64,000 bases of DNA from the human T2T-CHM13v2.0 reference genome, Homo sapiens, in NCBI RefSeq assembly GCF_009914755.1, contig NC_060931.1; one strand, written 5' to 3'. The translations under genes were made by a program, and so were the position numbers. The notes beneath the pieces were generated by a model. It was not told where the DNA came from. It made no database searches and saw nothing but the letters and a program-made list of their open reading frames with translations. The first letter of the stretch is position 1. Each line of letters begins with the position of its first letter. This document shows, one piece after another, positions 14,770 to 27,310 of this stretch.

Positions 14770-15862
14770 ATATTTTTCTTTTGGTAAGAGAAAATATACT
14801 ACTTTACTAAGTATAGAAGATAAAACAGACTTTGAGTGTAGTTTTGGTTGCTTTGAAGAACTAGTTGTTGATTACAACAGTGGTTCATAAAAAGAAACAT
14901 GGATGCAATGTAGCTTATATTTTCATGATTCAAGATCTCCCTAAAATATTGTGTAGTTTGGCCTGCTAGTTGCACTGGTCTATTTCACTTATCCTCATGG
15001 CAAGCAAGGTAATGAAATGGGATATTACTTAAGCTAAGTGATTTTATTGGAAATACTACAGTTCAATTGTTGTTGTTGAATCTTTCCAGGACAAGTCAAA
15101 ATACACCTTAACTTACAAATATCCAAAGTTCTGACCTTTTGATTTTTCATAAATTTTTCTTTACTGACATGAGTTATTCTTCCCACCCTTTTCCAGTTAG
15201 TAATTTGGATTCTTTCCTGAAGAGGATTTTTCCATGCACACCACATAAAGCTATCCATCAACTTCTTCCCATGCTTAAGTTTTTATTCATCTTAACCAAC
15301 ACCAATTTTTGTTGGCAACAAATCAGAAAGTTAGGGAAACTACAAATGGAAAAGATACAACATGTCAACCAGTATAACATCGTACAAACAAAATTCCTTC
15401 TTAAAATTTACTTATACTTTATTTTATTATACCTGACATCACCACAGTAGCATCATTATTCTTTAATCACAGAGTAAGAATATTTGCCTTGCTTAATGTT
15501 TAATATAATATTCAGTTTTATGTTTTCTTCCTTCCCAGAGTTGGAGGAAAAAATGAAGAGAAATATTTTGGCTGCATAATTCTCCTCCCATCCCTGCCTA
15601 TGCCAAGTCTTTTCTTTTTAGTTCTGAACTATTAACTCTTAGTGCAGAGAGCATTACTAAGCTAAAAGGGACTTTCCTCAACAAGGAAGAAAAAGGAACA
15701 AAATATTTTGTCATTCACTGGAAAGGGGATAAAGGAAAGTTACCCAAACTGTGTTCTTCTCTCCTTAAAGATGGCCAGCACCATGATCCTCCTTATTATC
15801 CTTTACCTCCCTACAAACTTTCTTGTCAATGACTGTCACTTCTCAATGATTTAGCAAATACA

Positions 15863-15927
15863 CAAGCAGCTCATAGTATATAAACAAGCAGTATAGTATA
15901 TGAACAAGCAGTTCACAGTATATAGTC
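15863..15927. repeat. Short imperfect tandem repeat (about 20-22 bp x3)
   Basis: caagcagctcatagtatataaa / caagcagtatagtatatgaa / caagcagttcacagtatatag. Confidence 0.8.
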
Positions 15928-16067
15928 TATTGTTCTAAGAGCAGGATTTACAAAATTAAAATTCTGTAATCTCAATCCTACAGTTGTTGCGGACACAAAT
16001 GAGAAACAGGTACTATGTAAAAAGCATTTTGAAGAACAATGCACACGGTGCAATGGACATATGAAAA

Positions 16068-16382
16068 GGCTGGGTGTGGTGGCTGTAATCCCAGCAGATT
16101 GGGAGGCCAAGGCGGGTGGATCACCTGAGGTCAGGAGTTCGAGACCAGCCTGGCCAACATGGTAAAAACCCATCTCTACTAAAAATACAAAATTTGCTGG
16201 ACGTGGAGGTGTGCGCCTGTAATCCCAGCTACTCTGAAGGCTGAGGGAGGAGAATCGCTTAGAACCTGGGTGGCAGAGGTTGCAGTGAGCCGATATTGTG
16301 CCACTGAACTCCAGCCTAGGAGACAGAGCAAGACTCTGTCTCCAAAAAAAAAAAAAAGAAGAAGAATAAGAAGAAGAAAAAA
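16068..16382 (+). mobile_element. Alu (AluSx-type) with (GAA)-rich tail
   Basis: Alu dimer with a small deletion near the 5' end. Tail A-run followed by gaagaagaataagaagaag. Confidence 0.96.
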
Positions 16383-16784
16383 CATTAATTCTCTGAGAGT
16401 ATAAAAAGGATGCAGTAAAAGAGGACTTGAGGTTTGGCATGAGTTATGACTTGAAAAAAATGACTAGAAGGAACTCGTCAGTGGAGCTGCCAAACCAATG
16501 AACGCAGTATGCAAAAACTAGATGGTGTGAGTGAGTGTGGCATGTTTGGCAAGCAGTGCTAAGCCATAAAATGAATACCATAAGATCTTTGATTCATATT
16601 CAGAAAAAATTAATCTGGAACTATGGAGAGCTAAAGTAATAAATGCAACCTCAATAAAGTTTACATTTCTAAAAGTTTATTCATCTTATTGTTTCAGATC
16701 TTCAGCAAAGATAGAATCTAAAATATTTAATTAACTCTAGATGATTGGTGACCATATCTAATATGAAAAACAAAGGCAAGAGAA

Positions 16785-16880
16785 GCACTTCTGAAATGGT
16801 GCTTCTGAAATGGTGCTTCTGAAATGGTGCTCTAAATGGTGCTTCTGAAATGGAGCACTTCTGAAATGGTGTTCTAAAAA
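16785..16880 (+). repeat. 14-bp minisatellite (gcttctgaaatggt) x about 6.5
   Basis: Units start at 16785, 16801, 16815, 16829, 16841, 16855, with a partial unit at 16871. Confidence 0.95.
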
Positions 16881-17613
16881 TTCTTTATTTCATAAAACAA
16901 ATTACAACAAAGACAATCAAAATAAACTTTTACAGAATTCTGGAAATTAACCAAAGGCTTACAACAATACCACTAGGGGAACTTATTTAAGGAAAATGGC
17001 TGAATCTCATTAAGAACAAAGAACTCTGACATTTTAGCCTATCGTCATCCCTCTTTCTCCAACTCTGTGGTAGCCTTAAAAACCAATACCCTTGTAACCA
17101 TGGTACCTGTGAAAACCAGCAGTCTACCAGCCAATGTAGATAACAGAAATGGTTGGAAGCACCCCAAATAACCTGTACCACTAAAAATTGCCACTATTTG
17201 ACTAGTCTGGCAGCCTCCTAGAAGAGCTTTGATCTTAGGGCTTGTGTTTACTCGAGATGACTAAAAGATTGCTATGTGTGAACAGTTTTATTGCCAAGTT
17301 GTCTGTTGGAAACAATCGGTGACAAATGTTTAATATTGTATTGGCCTGAGCTTGTCATACCAGTTGGGTTACCAAAGGCTGATGAAAATACTTAGAAGAA
17401 ATTTGGAATGAAATGTCCATGGGGGCTTTGAAAGTTCCAACATATTCCTGGGAATCTAGAAGGCCATGTCCATGTGCAGGGCTACGTGCATGCCCAGAAA
17501 AGACCTTAGAGGCCTTATCCTCTCACTTCTTATTTTGAGGCTTTACAAATCAGGAAATAAAGACTTAGGCAGAGTTATAAAATGCCTGTCAAGACATTAA
17601 GAGCATGTCCCAA

Positions 17614-17638
17614 CACACACACACACACACACACACAC
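17614..17638. repeat. (CA)n microsatellite
   Basis: About 12 AC units read directly. Confidence 0.95.
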
Positions 17639-18348
17639 CCTTGGCAAAGGCTGAGAGATTCATTTGTTTCATGCATTTAATGAAATCCCTGTCCAACCAT
17701 GAGCTGACTAGTGCACTAACTTAGCAGAGACTTCAGTGGCCACATATGACAAAGAATACAGGCTTTACAGAATTAGTTCAGGAAAGCCAATAAATAAATA
17801 GCAACAAAAACAAACCAGGGACAGGGGTAGGAGTTGGTTTTAAGAGAGCTCACATTATATTATCTACGATACTCAATTAATAACATAAAAGAAAATGAGA
17901 CATGCAACAAAGCAGGAAATTATTGTCTTCACATAGGAAAAAAAAAAAGCAGCCTATAGAAAGTGTCCCTGAGGAAACCATAAACATGAGACTTACTAGG
18001 CAAGAACTTTAAAGAAGCTGTTATAAATATACTAAACAACTAAAAAATCTGTGTCTAAAGAACTAAAAGAAAATGTGAAAATGATAACTCATCAAAAAGA
18101 ATATCAACAAAGCGTTAGAATTTAGTTTTAAAAATTAAGAAAAATTATGCAATTGAACAGTACGACAAATGCACTGAAAAATTCACTAGAGCCCAAAAGA
18201 AAATTTAAATTTACAGAAGAAAGAATCAAAAAGCTTGGAGAATGTCAGTTGAGATTATCCAGTGTGAGGAACAGACAGAAAAAAAGGAGGAAAATGAACA
18301 GAGCCTCAGCATCCTGTGGGACACCATCAAGCAAAGGAATGTACTCAT

Positions 18349-18816
18349 TGTATTCATTTTCTGTTGCTGCTATGATAAATTATGTCAAATTTAGTGACTT
18401 CAAACCACACAAATTTATTATTTTACAGTTGTAGGGGTCAGAAGTCTCACTGGGCTATAGCCAAGGAGTCTATTGGACGGTATTCCTCATGCAGACTTTA
18501 GGGTAGAATCTGTTTTTTGTCTTTTCCAGATTTTAGAGGCTGCCTGAAATCTCTGGCTAGTGGGTAAACATCAGCTTGACCTCGGCTTCTGTCATAACAT
18601 CTCTGACTCTGACCCTTCTGTTTCCCTTTTACACTTTCAAAGACTCTTGTGGTTATATGGTGCTCACATAAATAATTCAGAATAGCCACCACATTTTAAG
18701 ACTCTTAACTTAATCTTATTTGTAAAGCACCTTTTGCCATGTTAATTAACATATACACACCCTCTGGGTATTACAACATGAAAGTTTTTTGAGGAGTCAT
18801 TATTCTGTCTACTTCA
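18349..18816 (-). mobile_element. MLT1 (C/D-like) MaLR solo LTR inside L1 ORF1
   Basis: TG...CA termini. 'tgtattcattttctgttgctgctatgataaatta...caaatttattattttacagtt' is the reverse complement of the MLT1 3' end. Confidence 0.85.
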
Positions 18817-21363
18817 TACATAATGTTCCTAAAAGAGTGCAGAGAGAGTAAAGGGCAGAAAGGATATTTGAAAAAATTGTGGTTGTATGCGTCCCAAGTT
18901 CAAAGAAAAATGTTAATATGCAATTAAATAATCTTATTAAACTTGAAGTAATATGTATATGTAGACACATGGTAGTCAAAAGAGAGACTTTCAAAAGCTG
19001 CAAAAGAAAAGTGACTCATGATGTACAAGAAAACCTCAGTAAGTTTAATGGCTGGCATTTTATCAGAAACCATGAAGACTAAAAGGCAATGAAATGACTT
19101 CTTCAAGGTGCTGAAAGAAAAAAACACTGTTAAACAAGATTTATTTATATACCAAAAGCATCCTTCAAAAACAAAGAAAAAATTAACACATTCTCAAATA
19201 CCAAAATGAGGAGACTTCATCATTAGTAGACTTGCCCTACAAGAAATACTAAAGAGAGTTTGTGAGGCTGAAATAAAAGGACGCTAGACAATGAAGTGCT
19301 TCAACATGAATAAACTAAAGCACTGGCAAAGGTGACTACATAGATTAAATAAAAGTGACAGTGTACGCTTTTTTTATTTGTAAATCTTTTCTTCTATTGG
19401 ATTTAAAAGATAAGGGCATAAATTAATAATTATAAAACTGTGTTGATAAGGTTATAATGTATAAAGACGTAATTTTTAAGACAATTGTAGCACAAAGGCA
19501 GGGGAAAACATACAGCTATATGAGAGCAAAGCTTTTATATAATATTAAAATTAAATTAATATTAATCTGAATTATATAATTTAAGATGTTAATGTTTATC
19601 TTTAGGGCAGTCACTCAGGGAATAAGTCCAAAAATAACAATAAAATAAGATTTTTAAAATTATATATTAGAAAATATCTCATTAACAAAAAAGAAAGCAG
19701 TTATAGAGAAACAGAGGAACAAAAACAAAAACACAAAAAACTACATAAGACATACAGAAAACAAATAACAAAATGATAGATTTAAATTTAATTCATCACT
19801 GATTATATTAAATATAGACTAAGCTCTCCAACAGAAAAATAGAAATTTATAGAATGGATTTTTAAAAAATATTTTCTACAAAAGACACATCGTATATTCA
19901 AAGATCAAAAATAGGTTGAAAGTAAAGTGATCAAAAAAATACCACATAAACAGTTAACACAAAAGAGCTCAAAGAATTATTTTAAAATCAGACAAAATAT
20001 TATTTAAGAAAAAAAGTTACTAAAGACATACCAAAGTACTGTATACCGATGAAAGAGTCAATTCATCAGGATAAAACAATTACAAACATATTTCCATTTA
20101 AGAAAAAGATCCCAAGTATATGAAACAAAAACTCACAAAATGAAAGGAAAACAATTTGACAATAATACATAGATACTGCGATACCACTTTTAAAAAGGGA
20201 TAGATTAGTAGGCAGAGCACCCAAAAATAAAAAAAAAGACTTGAACAAGACTATAAACCAACCAGACATAACAGACATCTATTAAATATTCAGATCAGTA
20301 ACGTCAGAATACACATTTTCTCTATTGCACATGCAGAATGGACAATATGTTAGGTCCTTAAAAAGTCTTCATAAACTTAATGATTGAAACTAGACAAATG
20401 AACAAAATTATGTATGAATAACTTAAAGAGTTTTTGAAAATGTACGAAGTTGGGAAAATTATACAACATACTCCTAAATAACCCAAGAATCATAGAAGTC
20501 AGAAGCAAAAATAGAAAATACTTCGAGATTAATGAAAAGGAAAACACAATACACCAAAACTTATAAGATGTATGTAAAACAGTTTATATAGGTAAATTTA
20601 TACCAGTAAAAGTCTATACCAAAAAGAAAAAAATTCTAAAATCAAGAACCTAAACTTCCAGCTAAAGGAAATAGAAGAAGGAATCAAACTAAATTTAATG
20701 CCCATAGAAAGAAGAAAATAATATAGATTAGAGCAGAAATAAATGATATTGGTAAAAGAAAAAAGTAGAGAAAATCAACAAAGCCAAAAATTGATTCTTT
20801 GAAAAAATAAAAGTATTGACAACCTAGATGGATGAAGAAAAAAAAAAAGATGAGTCAAATTGTTAAAATCAGGAATAAAAGTCCACATCACTAGTGACCT
20901 CACAAACCAAAAGAAGACTAAATAAGGAAGACAAAATGACAAGGCAAAGGTATAATAAGGAAAGAAAACTAGATACTACCATCTCTTATGAATGAAGATG
21001 TAAAAATCCTAAATACAAATCCATCAACAATAAAAATGAGTATACACCATGACCAAGTGCGATTTATCCCAAAATGGAAGGTTGACTTAACACATGAAAA
21101 TAATTCAGTTTAATATATCATATTAAAAGGACAAAGAATAAAAACTACATGGTCATCTCAATAGACACAGAGCAGAAAAGGCATTTCACAAAATCTAAAA
21201 CTCTTTCATGATGAAAAAAAATTACAAAACACAGGGAATAGAAGAGACCTACTACAATGTGGTAAAAAGTATCTATTACAAATGCATTTATTCTTGCCAC
21301 TTCTATTCAACATTTTACTGAAGGTTCTACACAGGGAAATTAGGCAGGAAAAAAAATAAAATT

Positions 21364-21697
<334 letters not shown>

Positions 21698-21958
21698 TCA
21701 TCTTGATTGGAAGGGAAGAACTAAACTACCTCTATTTGGAGATCTCATGATCTTGAATGTTAAAACTCATAAGCAATTTCCTGTCTCTCCCTAAAAAAAC
21801 TTTTGGAACTAATGAACAAGTTCAACAAGATTGCAGGATATAAGAACAATATAGAAAGAATCAATTGTTTTCCTATATACTGCCAAAGGACACCCAAAAA
21901 TGAAATTAATAAAACAATTTTATTTACATTTAGTATCAAAATAATAATACTTGGCAAT

Positions 21959-22714
<756 letters not shown>

Positions 22715-23391
22715 GTAATAAAATTTCACAAAAGAAGTTCAATTCTTGTACACTGAATACTGCAAAGCATTGCTGAAAGAAACCAAAGAATTCCTAAGTA
22801 AATAGAAATAAAAATTAATGCATTGGAAAAAATTAATATTGCCAAAATGACAGTGTTTCTCAAATTAATCTACAAATTCAACATAATCCCCATACAAATT
22901 CCAGTTGCTTTTTTTTAAATAAATTGACAAACTGATCCCAAAATGTCTATGAAAAGGCATGGACCCAGTGAACTAAAACAATCTTGAAATTCAAAAACAA
23001 AGTTGCAGGACTCATACTTCCTGATTGCAAAACTTAACATCTGTAAGATTTAAGACTATGTGGTACTAACATAAGTCTAGACATGTAGATAAATGGAATA
23101 TAATTAAAAGTCCAGAAATAAGCCCTTACACTTATTGTCAGTTTATTTTAGACAAAGGTGCCAATATGGAGGGAAAACAGCCTTTTTAAATTTTCCATCA
23201 TTTTTTGCAAGTGCATAGATTTTTGCAAAAGAGTAAATTTAGACTCCTTCCTCACATCATATGCAAAACTTAACTCGAAATGGACAATAGACCTAAATGT
23301 AAAGGCTAAAACAACAAAACATTTAGAAGATAACACAGGACTCAATTTTTGTCACCTTGAATTAAACAGTAGTTTCTTAAATATAACAATA

Positions 23392-23832
23392 GGCTGGGCA
23401 TGGTGGCTCATGCCTGTAACCCCAGCACTTCGGAAGGCCAAGATGGGCAGATTCTTTTGAGCTCAGGAGCTTGAGACCAGCCTGAGCAACATGGTGAAAC
23501 CCTGTCTCTACAAAAAATACAAAAATCAGCTGGGCGTGGTGGCTCACTCCTGTAATCCCAACACTGTGGGAGGCTGAGGCAGGCAGATCACCTGTCAGGA
23601 GCTCAAGACCAGCCTGGACAAATGGTGAAACCCACTCTCTACTAAAAATACAAAAAATTAGCTGGGCATGGTGGTGTGCACCTGTAGTCCCAGCTACTCA
23701 GGAGACTGAGGCAGGAGAATTGCTTGAACCAGGGGGCAAGAGGTTGCAGTCAACCGAGATCGCACCACTGCACTCCAGCCTGAGCAACAGAGCAAGACCC
23801 GGTCTCAAACAAACAAACAAACAAACAAAAAC
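23392..23832 (+). mobile_element. Trimeric Alu (left-left-right monomers)
   Basis: Left monomer plus linker at 23392-23528, then a complete Alu 23529-23806 and an (AAAC)n tail. Confidence 0.93.
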
Positions 23833-24046
23833 TATGATGAAGGTAAGTGTGCTCTGGAGTTACTTTAAAATGTCAAGCCTCAGAAATACCAAGCACAACA
23901 TTGCTGAAGATGTGGAGAAATTGGAACCCTCATTTATTGTTGGGAATATAAAATAGCTCAGATATTTTGGAAAAACAATGGCAGTTCCTAAAAAGGTTAA
24001 GCAAACTTACCACATGACCCAGCAATTCCAATCCTAGATGTGTGCC

Positions 24047-24725
24047 TGTTACGGAGTGAGTTGTAAATAATTCACTGCCACCAGAAGCCCAGAGTGCACA
24101 AACCTGAGGAGCAAAGCAATCTCTTCCTTGGCTCCACAGGTTGCAACACCTCTTTGGTTCTGCAGGCAAGGCTGCCTAGCACAGGACTTCAGGGGACAAT
24201 CTGCAGGTTATGGAAGGTGAGATTACCACCTAGAGTTGAGGGTATGGGACTGTCACCCCTTTGGGCCCTGAAGGTGGGGTTGCCATTCCAGTGGGCCTGC
24301 AAATTTGGCCCAGATGGCACAGCATTTAGACAAAGAGAATTATTCTCCAGCCTTAAGATCTAATGGAATTTGTTTAGCTAAATTTTGGATTTGCTTGGGA
24401 TTCACTACCTCTTTCATCTTTACAATGTCTTCCTTTTGGAATGGTTTTTCTATTCTTTTTCACCAAGCATTTTGGCCGCACATAACTCTTCTGGATTTGC
24501 AGATTCAGAACTGGAGAAAAAATTCATCTCAGGAAGAATCTGTCTTGAGTCTCACTCATACCTGATTTAGACAATGTTTAAATGAGACTTTGGACTTGGA
24601 GTTGATGCTGAAATAAGGTAGGACTTTGGGGGCTGTTGGGCTGGGATGAATATAACTTTACATGTGAGAAGGAAATAAATGTGGGGGGCAAAGGGCAGAA
24701 TGTATGGACTGAATTGTATCTCCTT
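24047..24725 (+). mobile_element. MaLR (MLT1) internal-sequence 3' fragment with polypurine tract and start of the 3' LTR
   Basis: 'ggacttggagttgatgctgaaa...gactttgggggct...ggggggcaaagggcagaa|tgtatggactgaattgtatctcc'. Confidence 0.75.
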
Positions 24726-24729
24726 TCAA

Positions 24730-25266
24730 ATCCTCTATGGATTTGCCTGTTCTAGACATTTCATGTAAATGACATCATATAATACATGATGTTTTCTGAT
24801 TGACATCATTTAGAACAATGTGTTCAAGATTCATCCATATTGAAACATGTATCAGTACTTTATGCATTTTTGCTGAGATATTCCATTGAGTAAATATATC
24901 ACTTTTGTCCATTCATCAGTTAATGAACAATTGGGTTGTTTCTACTTTTTTGGCTATTTTGAATAATGCTGTTATAAACATTAGTGTACAAGTTATTATC
25001 AGACATATATTTTTATTTTTAGGGGAAATATAATTAGGAGTGGAATTTTTGGTCATACAGTAACTCCAGATTTAGATTTTTGAGAAACCACAAAACTATT
25101 TTCTAAAGTGTATCTACAGCTTTTCATCATCCCATGAGAAATGTATGAGCTGCAATTTGTTATTGTCCATCCTCTTTATTTAGCCATGATAGTAGTATTA
25201 AGTGGTATCTCCTTATGCTTTTGATTTGCATTTTCCTAAAACTAATAATGTTGAGTGTCTTTTCAT
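24730..25266 (-). mobile_element. Old L1 (L1MB/ME class) 3' fragment
   Basis: 'ctatggatttgcctgttctagacatttcatgtaaat', 'ttttgatttgcatttt'. Reverse ORF 25160 contains RKMQIKSIRRYHL. Confidence 0.88.
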
Positions 25267-25382
25267 GTAGAGACAGGGTTTCACCATATTGGCCAGGCTG
25301 GTCTTGAACTCCTGACCTCATGATCTTCCCTCCTCGGCCTCCCAAGTGCTGGGATTACAGGCTTGAGCCACCACGCCCAGCC
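25267..25382 (-). mobile_element. Alu left-monomer remnant without linker or tail
   Basis: gtagagacagggtttcaccat...gggattacaggcttgagccaccacgcccagcc. Confidence 0.93.
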
Positions 25383-26389
25383 CTCATCATAGTTTTAATC
25401 ACAACTTCTTTCATTCTTTCTTCTGACCCGTGATGATTCCTTTGCTTTTCTCTATCATTCCATCTTATCAAACTCCTGCCAGCACATTCCCAGAAGGCAA
25501 CACACAAAAAGGAACTTGTGAGGCTTTTTAGGATTTTTTTTTAATACTTTGTTTTAGTACTATGACATTTGCCATCACTTAGTCAATTTGGTTTTGCAAG
25601 GCAAGCTCTCTGAAGCTGGTTAATTTTGCTTAGATACCCTTTCTACAGTTTTCTTCCAGGCAGTTTCTGGGTGCCTGGAGTTCAGCTGGAGTGAGTCTCA
25701 GGCAAGGACTGTCTAGTGGCAGAACATTTACACATGAGGATAAAACTAAATTAAAAAAAAACAATATAACTAATTAATGTAACAGCATAAATTATATATG
25801 CTCTTGGTAATTAGTTATGTTTACATAGCAAATTAACTCATGATCTTAAAACAAATTTGTGCCCTTCCAATAACCTCTCCAATGTGGGAGAAGTCTAAAT
25901 ACTGATGGAAAAATAAATGAGGTAAAATAAATATTTTTTATTCAGTTAACTGTGAATTTTCTTAATAGCCCAAGTAAAACTAGTGCTTCTGGTTTCCAGC
26001 TGTGTAGTTCCTGTCTGCAATTTTTTTTTAAATGACCTTTTTCGTTCACAGTGGTCACATAAACCTGGGATATCCTCTTTAACTTTAAATTACAGATTAT
26101 CAGTATCAGGCTGGAATTAAGTCATAAAAGATTATTGACTGATTCATTAGGGCTGATGCTGTAATGTTTCTTCAACTCATAAAATGCATTTACTATGAAG
26201 CCAGAGATTCAGAGATTTTTTTGATACACAGATTTTTCCATGGTAACAGAGATGATCTTGTCATTTTGTAATTTACTAGACTGAAGTAAGGCCCAGGCCA
26301 AGCACGTGTTCAAAAAAATTGGCGGATGCTCACAGCTTGCAGAACAAATTCCAGCCCAAAAGTAAAGGCATTACAAATGCCTAAAATTA

Positions 26390-26640
26390 CAATCTTTATC
26401 TCTAAGGCAGGTGTTTCAAAACTGGAGTCGTCCCAATTTTTTTTTTCCTTCTTGGTTATTGTTTTACTACAAGAATTTGAAAAGGATATTGAAGATAAAG
26501 CAGGTGTTAGATAAGATTCCTCACCAGGAATGACTCATCAAGAGCCAATCAGGGGTTTTCTATCTGTGAACATGACCAGGGTGGTGGCTTGGGTATGGCT
26601 ATAAAAATTCCCTTCACAAAAGAAACAAATATTTTTAAAC
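26390..26640 (+). promoter_or_regulatory. Candidate promoter/enhancer module (GATA, E-box/T-box, AP-1, CCAAT, CACCC, TATA)
   Basis: TTTATCT 26395-26401, CAGGTG 26408-26413 and 26501-26506, AGATAA 26493-26498 and 26509-26514, TGACTCA 26531-26537, AGCCAATCAG 26543-26552, CTATCT 26560-26565, AGGGTGG 26578-26584, TATAAAAA 26600-26607, all in non-repeat DNA. Function is inferred only. Confidence 0.5.
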
Positions 26641-27009
26641 AAAAATTTGAAATAATCCCCACTTTAAGGAAAAAAAGAATCTCCATAGTCACTTGCACTA
26701 ATTAGATTCCAATGAATCTGTTACCATGTGAACATAAAGTGAGCAGTTCTGACTTTGTCTATTACATTAAGGTGTATTAGATCCTTAAAATTTTAAATTT
26801 GATTAGATGATACACTAAATATCTTAGTACATTTAAATAAAACATATCAAAATGAATTGTTAAAACAAAATATATTAACCAAAAGAATGAATCAGTAGCA
26901 AAAGGGAACAAACATAGAGTTTAAGATGTTCAACACTGGAGTCTTCCAGAACTATGCTAAGTTATTTTTCCTTGGAATAAAACTGATTAATAGATAATAT
27001 CAAGACAGA

Positions 27010-27310
27010 GTTTCATTGGCCCCTTTGTCATTCACCTCCGCTGGGAATTATGGCAAAGAACAGTTGCCCTTGTTAACCTGTGAACATTTTTCACTCTCTT
27101 AGGTCATTGACTCTAGCTCAGGGGTCCAATTTTCCTTTCATTCATTAAGCACATTAGGAAGCAGAGTTCCTAACCCTTTCCAGTCTAAATGTGGAACAAT
27201 CACATCCCCTCACAATCCACTGCCAGCGTGCTGGGACCTTTACGTTTCACTGTGCTCTCGCAGTGACGCAAGTTTCTAACAATTGAAGGATATTAACTCA
27301 AAAACTTGTT
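27010..27310. promoter_or_regulatory. Candidate enhancer with IR1 nuclear-receptor site and C/EBP-ATF-like site
   Basis: AGGTCA-T-TGACTC 27101-27113, TGACGCAA 27264-27271, CCTTTGT near 27021, and several retained CpGs in unique DNA. Confidence 0.3.

Noticed and set aside
15913-16440. 175-aa minus-strand ORF, and similar ORFs at 6597, 10299, 14374, 21327, 31999, 58130 and 61830
   Set aside because: Translations of antisense Alu ([22 protein letters not shown] signatures).
16785-16880. Possible CRISPR-like array
   Set aside because: Head-to-tail units without unique spacers, in eukaryotic context with no cas genes.
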